Shown: one piece after another, positions 25,008-46,640 of the stretch
Position numbering within the stretch: position 1 is the stretch's first letter
Layout: every line of letters begins with the position of its first letter
Origin: Amoebidium appalachense
Lineage: Eukaryota; Protista; Ichthyosporea
DNA length: 64,000 bases
Direction of reading: 5' to 3'
Assembly (NCBI GenBank): GCA_963693365.1
Contig: CAVNZM010000002.1
Coordinates: 17,455,615 to 17,519,614 of the forward strand
The notes under the pieces: model-generated
Told to the model about the DNA's origin: nothing
The model's database searches: none
What the model saw: the letters and a program-made list of their open reading frames with translations, nothing else
Made by a program: the position numbers and the translations under genes

Positions 25008-25582
25008 ACACACACACACAAACACACACACACACACACACATGCACACGCACAAGTGTCCACTCACACACGCACACACATGTGCACACACAAACCACAC
25101 GCGCACACACATCAACACACACGCCACACACGTGCACACGCGCGCGCGCACACACACATACACATGTCCACACACATGTACACGCGTAACGGGGGGGGGG
25201 GGGGGGGGGGGGGGGGGGGAGGGGGGGGGAGAATTCGAAGGGGGGAGGCCCCTCCCCTCGGAGTCCTCCCTTACCCCCTTTTCCCTCCCCAACCGGCACC
25301 CCTGCCCGTGGAGCCATTTTTTGGGCTATCGAATGTGGAAAGCTTTTTTTATTTATTTTACTTCAGTGAGTCAATTTTTTTTTTTTTTTTTTTTTTTTGG
25401 GGGGGGGGGTGGGGGGGTGGGGGGGGGGGGGCGACCCACCGCCCCACCGGCCCAGGTGGATCCCCCCCCCCCCCCCCCCCCCCCCCTTCCCCCCTTAAAA
25501 CACACTGCCACAGGAACCACCCACCTCTGTGGCTACCTGGGGAAGGGGCGGGGGCGGGAGGCGGGGAGGGACGGGAGGGGGA

Positions 25583-25624
<42 letters not shown>

Positions 25625-27034
25625 ACCAGCCCTCTGGGGAGAAGGAGGGGGGGGAGGAAGGGGAGGTGTACCACCAGAGGGGACGTCAATATTTACTACT
25701 CATCCCCCCCGGACCCCCCTTTCCCCCTCTCCTCCCCCTCCTCCCCCCTTCCCTCACTTTTTCAAATTCAACATTCCCTTGAATGACACGGACCGCCTGA
25801 TCATGACACGGCGTCGCAGACCCCACACATGTGTGTATACACGTGTGCACACACGGACACATGTAATTGCGCACGTTCTTGCATTCCTCCACCCAAAACT
25901 CTCCTCTCACATTACACACATGATACTATGTTGGTGTATATGCGGCACTCACACAGGTGGACACGTACGCGCAAACACGCACATGCGCCGTAGTACACGT
26001 GCACACTCAAGCGCGCGCGGCTTTGTTTACCACTACGGTATGCATGCAAAGAGATGCGTGCTGTTGATTGGTGTAATAAAGTTGCTGAAAAGAACCTCCT
26101 AGATATTTCGCTAATAAATGATCACAAATTTCAAATAAACACAAATTTTCAATGATTTGCCACAACTTCGAGCCTGTATCATGAGGTCACTCTACTAAAA
26201 AATTTCTTTACCAGAAAACGTTAGAATTTTACAGGACCATAATCCTGCTTCAGTAAAAAGTGCGTAATATATTTTTATGCTAATGACATTATTGACTTGT
26301 CGCTAATTTTCACATGGCTTCTATTTTGCTGAGCATATCAATATAGTCATTATAAACAGAAATAATTTTCACACTCTTCAATGGGTCAAACTATCTCCTG
26401 GGGCTTTTCATCCTTTCATCTAGGTAAATCTCCATGGCCAATCATAAGTCGGTGTATAAAATGGGCAAAAATAGCTATGTACTATGCAACGTGCAGCGTG
26501 CTAGGCTCAGAATGGATTTGCTAATGCACTCTATAAAGACCGCTCAAAAACACAATATTGAAATCATATTAATTTGTTTTCTGGCGCATATATTACCTGC
26601 GGTAAATGGGATCAATAAGCGACAATCCGTGAATAAAAATGTTAGGCTGCTAGCGCTAGCGCCCCCCACAAGCCTACTGTAGGTGTTCTTTTCGCCTCGC
26701 TCTTCCTATAGCACCAATCAGAGAAATTAGGTAGCCAATGAAAGTTTTTGGGCTCCGAAACTTTCTTGAAGTTGTCCCAACGGCAGCGCCAAACCGGTTC
26801 AGTTTAGCAGTCGGCGACGTTCTGGGTGGATTGTTTATTGTTACGATCAACGTAGGGACACACGGATAACGGGGCATTCTAGTGTTCTTCTTTAAGTGCT
26901 ATAGTCCGTGAAAGCAGACATTAGATAACGTAACCCGTTCTCGTTAAGTTTACTGGAGAGTTTTTTCCAACTTCATAGTGATTGTTCCTTTATGATTTGT
27001 AAAGATAGAACCGTTTGAAAAACAGACAACGAAA

Positions 27035-27649
27035 ATGAGGTCTGTTCTATCTCTCACTGCGTTTGCTTTGGGCACGGCGTCATATGCTGCTGGTGCCAGT
27101 AGCCTGCGGGTGGTCAACCTAGAGTTAGTACCCTGCAACTCGGCCATCAAGTGCCCCGAGCTGGGCTATGCTTACAACCTCGACATGAACATGCTGCCGC
27201 CCATGTGCCTCCAGCCCGTGCTGCAGGGCTGGGGCCCAAGCAACATGTGCACGGTGCAGTACTGCTGCATGACGGGCGACCAGAAAGATCTTGTGCCCTG
27301 CAACGACACACCAAAAACAAACGTCACGTGCTCGGACAGAGGGTTCAACTTTGACCCGATAGTTCCCCACTCCATCCTCCTTTGTAACGCCACGGCCAAT
27401 CCCGACAATCCCTACACCAGACGGCCCTGCAACAAGGACTTCTGCTGCGCCAAGCCGCCGCCATACATGGGGCTGAGGCGCTGCAACAAGGCCGTGGATT
27501 GCAAGAAGTACAAGATGGACAAGAGCAGCTGGCCCATCAAGCCCATCCGGTGCAAGCCCCAGGGCTGGAGTGATATGCCCTGCACAGAGGACTACTGCTG
27601 CGCCCTGCAGCGGCCACACCCGACCCCTGTCTTTGGTTTGTTGCCGTGA
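27035..27649 (+). CDS. Secreted cysteine-rich protein, 204 aa, three tandem 6-Cys repeats, intronless
   Basis: Clean ORF with GC3-rich codons and an A-rich start context (gaaaATG). It has a hydrophobic N-terminal signal peptide and three repeats of C-x5-9-C-x16-17-C-x9-14-C-x4-CC. Confidence 0.85.
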   Translation: MRSVLSLTAFALGTASYAAGASSLRVVNLELVPCNSAIKCPELGYAYNLDMNMLPPMCLQPVLQGWGPSNMCTVQYCCMTGDQKDLVPCNDTPKTNVTCSDRGFNFDPIVPHSILLCNATANPDNPYTRRPCNKDFCCAKPPPYMGLRRCNKAVDCKKYKMDKSSWPIKPIRCKPQGWSDMPCTEDYCCALQRPHPTPVFGLLP

Positions 27650-28781
27650 GCATGGTCCCTCAGAGTGCATGACAAGATGTACATGTGTAGCCGGGAGCTC
27701 AATTTCATTGTGTGCGGCCATAGGCTACCTATGCTGGTTGATTGCTGCACCGCAAGGCATAGGGAAGCATTATCGCATTTGTTGGGGTGAGGTGAGGGTG
27801 CCGAGGGGCGGGGGAAGGGGGAGGGGGGGAGGAGGGAGAAGGTCCCTGAAGGGGGGGGGGAGGGGGGGGGGGGGAGAGACAGGTTTTTAGTTGAGGATGG
27901 CACGGGCATCTGTTTTTGATCGAATTCTGTTTTCTTTCAAGACAAAACACAACGAGCCGTTGTGCGAGGCTGATTTTTTATGCACTTCACATAAGTCTAT
28001 GGTACAGAATATCTGAATGGCAGTTTCTCGGATCTCAGTATTATTCTACATAGAAATACCCCGTCGATAGTTTCAGAACATCCACGGGCGAGTATGTAAA
28101 CAGACAGTGCCGGAGGCAATACCCGGAAATATGACGTTTCAGCCTCGAGCAATATAAAGAGCCCCACATGGGGAGAGTATACCTTATACTTTATACTTTG
28201 AGCACCTTCCCCCGTCTGGCCCACCCACCCCCTCCACCCACCGTGCCCGGTGAACAACCCCCCCCCCCCCCCCCCTTTTAACTGAGAATTCCCTCTCAAT
28301 ACCTCAACACGCGCCCCCGTTTCTCTCTTCCCCCCCTCCCCCTGCTCCCCCACTCAAATTGCCAACAAACAATATTGGCCGGTAAATCTAGGCCAAATAA
28401 TTGATTCTTGGCTAGGATATCGTTGCACAATCTTAAGCATGCAGTGGCCCACAGTAGGATGCATGATTCGGGGGGCGGCGGGGAGGGGGGGGGGGAGGGG
28501 GGGAGGGGGGGGGGGGGGGAGGGAGGAGGGGAGTGGGGAGGGGGAGTCTGTCTTCAGGTCCAACCCCAGCGCTTCAACTTGCGCGACTGGCCTCTAGTTT
28601 ACGAGCCTTGATACAGCTTCCAGAGCATTGGTATATTGCCTCAAACGTTCGGACCCTTCCCTTTGCTGCACCGTTTTAGAGAACCCAGAACCCTTGACCA
28701 GTATCCCCCCCCTCCCCCTCCCCGAGGGCCTTAAACCCCCTTCGACCACCTCCCCCCCCCCCCCCCCCCCTCTCCACCCGC

Positions 28782-28895
<114 letters not shown>

Positions 28896-29325
28896 CCACA
28901 TGCACACACACGCAAACAAAAATAGCACCATCCCCAAAACTTGTCAGCCCGTTACAAACCCAAATTTGAACCATGTCCCCTCCACCCACCCACCCATGCA
29001 CCCACCTCCCCTTCTGGCCTCCCGGCCCCCGAGCTCCCCAACACACTTACACACGTGTACACACACATGCAAACAAACACTCGAACGCACACACGCACAC
29101 CTACGTATACACACACACACGCACACAGAACGCACACACGCACACCTACGTATACACACACACACGCACACACACACATACGCACACACGCAACACACAA
29201 CACACGCTCACACATTCACACGCACACATACGGTAATCCATGCACGCACACACACACACACACACTCACACGGACACGTGCGCACACAGACTCAGTCTGC
29301 ACACACAATCATACACGCTCTCGCA

Positions 29326-29326
29326 T

Positions 29327-29357
<31 letters not shown>

Positions 29358-29361
29358 CACA

Positions 29362-29453
<92 letters not shown>

Positions 29454-29486
29454 CGAATGCACGCACGCACGCACGCACGCACGCAC
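29326..29486. repeat. (GCAC)n tetranucleotide microsatellite
   Basis: About 38 units, directly visible. Confidence 0.9.
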
Positions 29487-29491
29487 ACGTG

Positions 29492-29554
<63 letters not shown>

Positions 29555-29897
29555 CATATACACTCACACACACACACGTGCACGCGAAATCTAACCACCC
29601 GACGTTGACATCCTAGCAATACATACAGCCTGAACTAGATAGATGTGTGCTCACTACTTATGGATACTTTGTATATTGAATAAGCCTTTTGAATAGTAAT
29701 GCACGTCATTTATATGTAGCTAGCTCAGACTCGGGGAGGCCTCCCCCCCCCCCCCCCCACCCACCCTAAAAAAAAAAAGAAGAAAAGAAAAGAAAAGAAA
29801 AAACACACTCACACACGCACACCGTGATACGCCCCCTACCTTCCCCCTCCACCTCCTCCACAACCATCACCACCACCACCACAACGAACACCACCAC

Positions 29898-29898
29898 C

Positions 29899-29957
<59 letters not shown>

Positions 29958-29958
29958 C
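29898..29958. repeat. (AAC)n trinucleotide microsatellite
   Basis: About 20 units, directly visible. Confidence 0.9.
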
Positions 29959-30048
29959 TTACAACACACTCTCCCCACCCTTCAATCCGAGCACTCGAGT
30001 CGAGGCCGGGCAGCCCTGCGGGCAGCTCACCGAGTGATGACGAATGAG

Positions 30049-30200
30049 CCAATCATTTGCCCACACGTTCTACCATGCCCATAAACCAATCAAAATGCGA
30101 TTATGTCATGTGCACTTTATCGGCAGGCTGCATCTCAGCTATTGGTTGTCCGACGCGTGCTTACCTTATTAGGTCATGTGCAATTATATCTGACCAATCA
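30049..30200 (+). promoter_or_regulatory. CCAAT-box cluster with an ERSE-like element; putative ERO1 promoter
   Basis: CCAAT-N10-CACG at 30049-30067, plus CCAAT/ATTGG at ~30086, 30140 and 30194. Confidence 0.4.
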
Positions 30201-31605
30201 TATCTGCCTCCGTTGCATTCCATACCTTGGCTTGGTGATTTACCGTTTGCACGGTGAGCACCATGCAAATTCCGTTCGTACAAAACAGGAACACTCGGGA
30301 GTCGGGACAGGAGCGACACATACAGACGTCGACGTTCGCATCTTACCATCTTGAGCATGAAAAAGTATTACAATATATTCACATATTCTAAGACTATATG
30401 AAAAAGGCGGCACATAGGTGTTGTTTAAGGTGAGAACAAAAGGCCTAAAGCACCGAGCCCGTTACAGCTTTTTGTGCAAGACACAAATCATCCACTTGGC
30501 ATCCCCAAATTTCTCTCGCTCCCACAGGCTAGTAGTTCAATGGGAGAGTTAGAGTGACTTTATCATCCTGGGCTTGAACTAAGCCGAGTAACCGCAACTG
30601 ACACATTGATGAGCATTTTTCAACAAGGGCCAGAGAATTGACGATCACACGCACGACAAAATACAGGTGAGTAGGCATCGTTTTTTCTTTCTTCTTAGCA
30701 CAACACACTATCATAGGTTAACCGTGTGCAACCTCATGTTTAACATAGCAGGTTAAAGCTCTGCCTGAGAGCAAGCAAAAGAATCTTCACATCTGCACGG
30801 CCCCGTTTACACATGTGCACATGTATACATGTTCAACCTCCCTCCCCCCCTTCCCCCTCCCCCTCCCCACTACCTTCCCTTCCCCCCGCCCCCTTCCCCC
30901 TCTCCCCGTTGTTTTTACACATGCTGACTATTGTGTGCGCTGTGCATATGCATAAAAGTCCCCCCCCCCCCCCCCCCCCCCCACCCCCTCCCACCCCGCC
31001 CCCCTCCTTTTCCTCCTCTCCGTGTTGTTCTTTACACACATTGTTTATTGGCACACAGACACTGTCGCAGCTGTCAGGGAAAATCAACGAAAACTCGTAT
31101 GCAGGGTCCCACATCGTATGCATATACTATCGAGCGTTCTTGTTTGCTGTTTCGTGCAACATAAACACACTTGTGAGACTACTGCTCGCATCTGTGTCTC
31201 CGTGTGAATGACCCCATGTATATATGGGCCACCGTGGCAAACGCCAAGCATATAAAGGTTGCGTGTGTACGCCCAGGAAAAAACTAATCGCTGGCCATAC
31301 TTGCTCTTTCTAAAGCCCTCTGTCCTGTCCTCCAGATGCGTAAACCCTGTTGATCCTCCTTCTTCACTCAGTTGGTTACATTAGTCTACTCTTCCGCCTT
31401 CTTCTTATCTCTTTGTCCGGAGCTGTGTTTTCTTTCTGCTTCCATGCCGCTTAATTTTACAAGCAAATCACGGTAGAGCGCAAAAACGTCATTTGAGCTT
31501 TTACAATGAGCTCAGTCATGCACTACCCAGAGTTGCACTAAGCCCACACTTCCCCTATATCTCTGTGTTGCTTTGTCAGACACTAACAGGCTGGTCCACC
31601 ACAGG

Positions 31606-40812
<9,207 letters not shown>

Positions 40813-41528
40813 TGGGTGGTGTGCATGTGTGCATGTCGGCTAAGGATGATTATTAGTTCTGGTGGTCAGGAGTGAGGAGGGAGTGAGGGCTGTAGGATGA
40901 GTTGGGGATGTCAGTTTGTGGAGGGTTGCTATTATTAGTCATAGGATGCCGTGGGTTGTGGTGCGTCATGTAAGGACTGAAAATGTTGCTCACACATATG
41001 CAGACACACACACATGTACACACACACACATGTACACACAAATGCACTGACGGTCACACGGACACAGGCGCGCACACCCACCCACCCACACAAACATGTA
41101 CACCATGACACACACGCACAAAAACACACACACATTATTATGATAGCTGTTACTACAAACACACACACACAGCTGCAGTAGACAACAGGTCTGCAAGGAA
41201 GTTCTGCAAAATAATTGCTGCGTGATTTTCATTAGAATATTATTGGCTGCGCAGGCGTAGCTGGGTGATGTGACGAACATAAAATCTAATAAAGGTGATC
41301 GTGAAAAAGCATTATATGAAAGGGTTCCAGACTAAAATCAAAGAAGTTCGATTTCGCAGTGACATCGATATCTTTGTACATTCATATAATGTGTACATGT
41401 GGATGATCATGATCATGACTGTCAGTAACTGTTCCTGTATGTGGTTTTTGGCTCTTTCTCTCTGTTACTTCTATATGTGGTGTGTGTGTATATGTATGTG
41501 GTGTGCATCTATGTGTAGCCTATCTGTG

Positions 41529-41577
<49 letters not shown>

Positions 41578-41923
41578 GATACGTGTGCGGTGGTGTCTCC
41601 GTGTGTGTGCACGTAGACCTAGCTGGGCCTGTGACCTGTCACGCTGTCCATTGATTTTCCGGTTTATGTGGTGTGGAACGGGAACTGCGGCGAGCCTCGC
41701 CGAGTGTATCATTTTTGAAGTTGTGTGGACCCACTGGGTGGTCACATATGCATAACTATGTTACGTGTGTGCGTGAGCGTGTGGTGAACGTGGACCCGGT
41801 GCAGGTCATGTGGTGTAGGCCGGCGGCGGGCGGCCACGGTGGTGGTGCTGGTGGTGGTGGTAGTGGTGGTGGTGTTGGGGGAGGGGAGTGAAGGAGGGGG
41901 AGGTGGTGGTGGTGGTGGGGGAG

Positions 41924-41970
<47 letters not shown>

Positions 41971-41984
41971 GGGCGGGGAGGCGT

Positions 41985-42018
<34 letters not shown>

Positions 42019-42069
42019 CCTACTCCGAGAACGCAACAGACACCCCTCCTCCCTCTCCCCGACACGCCT

Positions 42070-42130
<61 letters not shown>

Positions 42131-42413
42131 GTCACATACACACAAACACACACACACAGACACACACACACGATGTCATGAATTGTCCGGGGAGTCATTT
42201 TGCACGCTTTTACCTCTTTTGTCACAATCACCCCCATCCACTCCACCAGACCTGCTACCCGGACCTTGCCACGGCCATTCTCATGGTGACACACAAGTGC
42301 ACATACGCCGTTCATAAAGGGGTTATGGTAAGAGCCTTACGGCTCCTCGGCCATAGAGTTTTCTACGTTTGTTATCTTTATTTAGCACCCCCTCCTCGCC
42401 TCCCCCCTTCCCC

Positions 42414-42444
<31 letters not shown>

Positions 42445-42486
42445 ACACCCCCCCCCCCCCCCCCCCCCCCCCCCCGGCACCCCCCC

Positions 42487-42527
<41 letters not shown>

Positions 42528-42677
42528 AAACAACGAGAAAAAAAAAAAAAAAAAAAAAAAAATTCTTCTAGGCGGTGCCAGGTGGGAGCTGTTTTTAGGG
42601 CATTTTCTTTTGTAAGATGCTTAATTTTTCTTTTCTTTTTATTTTTTTCTTTTCTTAAGTTTTTTGTTTTTTTCTTC

Positions 42678-42743
<66 letters not shown>

Positions 42744-42807
42744 TGGGGGGGGGGGGGAGGGGAGTGATGGTGGTGGCCACCATGGTGGTGGTAGGAACGG
42801 CGGAAAG

Positions 42808-42884
<77 letters not shown>

Positions 42885-43237
42885 TTGGGGGGGAATGGGG
42901 GGGGGTGGCTGGGCATGCACACTGGTCATGCCATATGTGCTTGAATGCAGTATGTCGCCGGTAACTTCCAAAAATGTGTCCGGTTGCAGCGAGATTCGCA
43001 CAGTGTCACAGTTGAGTGGACAGTGCCTTGTTTTATGTTTTTTGGTTGAAAGAAAGGCTTGGCTTTAGTTTTTTGTTTGAAAGAAAGGTTTAGTTTTAGC
43101 TTTCTGGTTGAAATCTGCATTCGTGATTGCCAGATTGCGGCTTGCTGGGGTTTGGCTTTGATGCGTACGCATCACACACACTCACGTCCAATACACACAC
43201 ACACCAGAAGTTCCCTTCGCGCCCTCCCCCCCCCCCT

Positions 43238-43275
<38 letters not shown>

Positions 43276-43878
43276 CCGGGCCCGGCCCCCCCCCCCCCTC
43301 CCCCCCCCCCTTCCCCCCCCCCTCCCCCCCCTCCCCCCCCCTCCCCCCCCCCCCCTCGCCCCTCCGGCAACCCCCCCATGCTTGCCCTGATTATGACAGT
43401 GGATGTGCGTGAACAGCCAGGTCCAGGTCCAGATTGGTTCGGCTAAACCTGAGCGAAATAGGGACCGAAACTGGAGCCTGCGGCAGTCCAGATACCCCTC
43501 AAAGCGATCGGCGGCGGACAATCCAAACTGCCAGCTGGCTGCTTTTTCGGATCCGCGGGGTCTTATTCTTCATATAGGGCACATTATACTCAATATTATC
43601 ATATGATAAAAGCAAGTTATAAAAGGTCGAAAGTGTGTGATTATTTTATAGAATATATCATAATTCCTTGCATCCCTTTCGCAAGTCAATGTTTTTTTTT
43701 CTCACTTTGGCGGCCGTCTTTCAAACCTAATATATACAAACGCTTAGTCTATTTTGCGCTGACCATAAATTACGTACACGCACCAGCATTTCTTGGGAAA
43801 GATTAAAGGTATCTTATATAAATGATCTTTACCCAATAGTCATCTTTAGCGCAAACTTTTGACCAATCGATGAATCTA

Positions 43879-43936
43879 AAATCCAGACCTCGGTTGAAAA
43901 AAACGACCTCGATTTTTGTAACCGAGGTCTGGATTT
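43879..43936. repeat. Perfect 17-bp inverted repeat forming a ~58-nt hairpin
   Basis: aaatccagacctcggtt (43879-43895) pairs with aaccgaggtctggattt (43920-43936). Confidence 0.85.
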
Positions 43937-44048
43937 CTGCGAAGGCATGCAAAATCCAGACGTCCAGATCTAATCACACACATCTTTGGTCTGATACCCG
44001 CATACCACGATCCCAATCCGGGTTACACCCTCGTTTCCCAAGCTCAAG

Positions 44049-44083
<35 letters not shown>

Positions 44084-44126
44084 CCCCCCAAAACGAAGGG
44101 GGGGGGGGGGGGGGGGGGGGGGGTGT

Positions 44127-44172
<46 letters not shown>

Positions 44173-44697
44173 ATCCGAGTCTGCAGTGTGCTTGCCATTA
44201 GTGTCATTATTAATAAAACAACTGCAGTATGTGAAAGTGACCTGCAATCACTTCTACACATTATTATTATGGTATTTTGACTACGTAATGATATCATAGG
44301 TATCAAAAAGGCGAATGTCGCATGCATGGATGTAGTGTGTGCTTGACGTGTATGTGGTTGCGTGTGTGCATGTTCGTGTGCCCCCTCCCCCCTCCCTCCC
44401 CCTTCCCCCCACCTCCCCCTCCACCACCCCTCCCTTTCCCCCCACCCCCACCCCCACACTTCAAATATCGGCTTGCCCCATGGCCACATGCAGGCACCCA
44501 CACCCTGTAACCAGGCTGCCTCCCACCACCCACCATCATACACATACATAGCCGCAACTTGCCTGCCCCACACTACACGACATGAGACACATGATGCGTC
44601 CTCGGGCCCACCACCCTCTGAGTCAACCCCACGGCACCACCACACCATGTTAGCCTTCCCTCAGCCGATATATGGCAAAATTTTGGTACCACCACGG

Positions 44698-44751
<54 letters not shown>

Positions 44752-45661
44752 ACACACCCCGTGACACGTAGATTAACACGGTAGTACCAGAACAAGCCCC
44801 CCTTACTTATGTGAAAATTACAGCCAAGTTTTCTGCCGGCCAATGTCTGACGGGATCAGTCTAGAAAGTAGTCCAAGTTAAATCTCCTTGGGCCGGTATC
44901 CGATCACCAAAGGACAAAGTGCCTTAAAAACCAAGTTAACGCCAGTGGCACCCCTATCATGGCCTATTGCTGAAATAAAAGGATCTCAAAGGCGTTCACA
45001 CCTTTTCCAACTCCCCCCCCCCCCCCCCCCCCCCCCCAGAACACAAATAAATACGCATTCATACACGGGCTCGAAACACACAAACACAACCCAGAAGCCC
45101 CCTCCCCCTCCCCCCTCCTCCCCCCCCCCCCCCCCCCCGCGGAAAAAAAAAAGAAAAAAAAAAAAAAAACCAACCAACCAAATTCAGCCCTCCCCCCTCC
45201 CCCCCCCCCCCCCCCCCCCAAACACACACACACGGATCTCCCAAAACTCAGATGTGTGGGACAAGTCGCATATGCATGTGTATAACAGATAAATTGCGTT
45301 TTTTCCAGTTTCGGGATCATCGGCCAAGTAGAATTCCCTTACAGACATAGTCTGCACGTTGTCGACATAATAATATAGTAAAACATCCGATTGAAAATCG
45401 ATCTATATATAAATTTCAAAAGGATATAGCGAGTCTCCATAGTTAGTAGTTACATACACACGAAAACTTGGGTTCTCACTTATTCCCGGGAGTTGATTAC
45501 GCGGCACATGGCAACCCGCCCCATAGAAGGAAGTTGTGGGGGGTTCTGGGGGGATCCCCCCCACCCCACCCCCTTCCCCCAACGCGTTCCCCCCCACACC
45601 CTCCCGACGCTCAACACCCCCCCCCCTCCGGGCCCCCCCTCCTTCCCCCCCCCCTCGAGCT

Positions 45662-45692
<31 letters not shown>

Positions 45693-45829
45693 GCACACAT
45701 GCGTACTACAGTTCACACGTATACACACACGGAGCCTGCGCCCCCCTCCCCCCCCCCCCCCCCCCCCTCCCCACTTCCCCCCTCCCCCCTCCCGTGACCT
45801 GACCCCCTTCCCCCCCCCCCCCCCCTTTT

Positions 45830-45974
<145 letters not shown>

Positions 45975-46011
45975 TATGCATACGTATACACACACACTGA
46001 GCCTGCTCCCT

Positions 46012-46043
<32 letters not shown>

Positions 46044-46325
46044 ACCCACACACACACACACACCTCGGTTCCCCCGGAGATCTAGGTCCGAGTCCCCACG
46101 GCGGGGCCATGCACGGGCCCGCAACCGCCACCCCTCTACTAGATTCTTGTTAGAACTCATTCCAGCCATGGAAAACACGAACTTAGAGCCAAGCAGTAGG
46201 AGAAGAAAGTGTCGCTGGACACTTGTTCGTCGTTTGATCTTTGCGGCTAATACATAGTAGGTTTGTAATTAGACCTCAAACTATCGAACTTGGTTCGGAC
46301 GATAAATCCGGCGGCAGCCAGCTCA

Positions 46326-46333
46326 TGACGTCA
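46326..46333. promoter_or_regulatory. CRE palindrome upstream of ALYREF
   Basis: TGACGTCA ~310 bp upstream of the ATG, with a near-match TGATGTCA ~20 nt downstream. Confidence 0.5.
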
Positions 46334-46640
46334 CTGCTTTTTGATGATGTCACTCCCTGGTTGTGAGCCGGGATGGTGAAACGTTTCTTTCAAGTTAAAA
46401 AGCATACAGTCAAAACTTTTAAAACTGGAAATTAAAGTTAAAAAAGAACATTTCATAGTGTACTTTGAGTCTTAACAGTAAGAGATGTCATGGCAGTTGT
46501 TATGCCTCCAGGCAACGGTTGACCGTTGGTTCGCCGGCCGGCGCGCCAACTTCAGTCAGTTTTTCAAGCTTGAAGCATCGTTTCTTCCCAAAACCAAAAA
46601 CAACGCACCCACCCACACCTCTATCGCTCAACACAGCACC

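Noticed and set aside
42170-42390. Second Penelope-like RT tail (F…HPH…Y…IL…T.K); similar hints at 41740-41840 and 24650-24790
   Set aside because: The similarity is too short and weak to support without a profile search.
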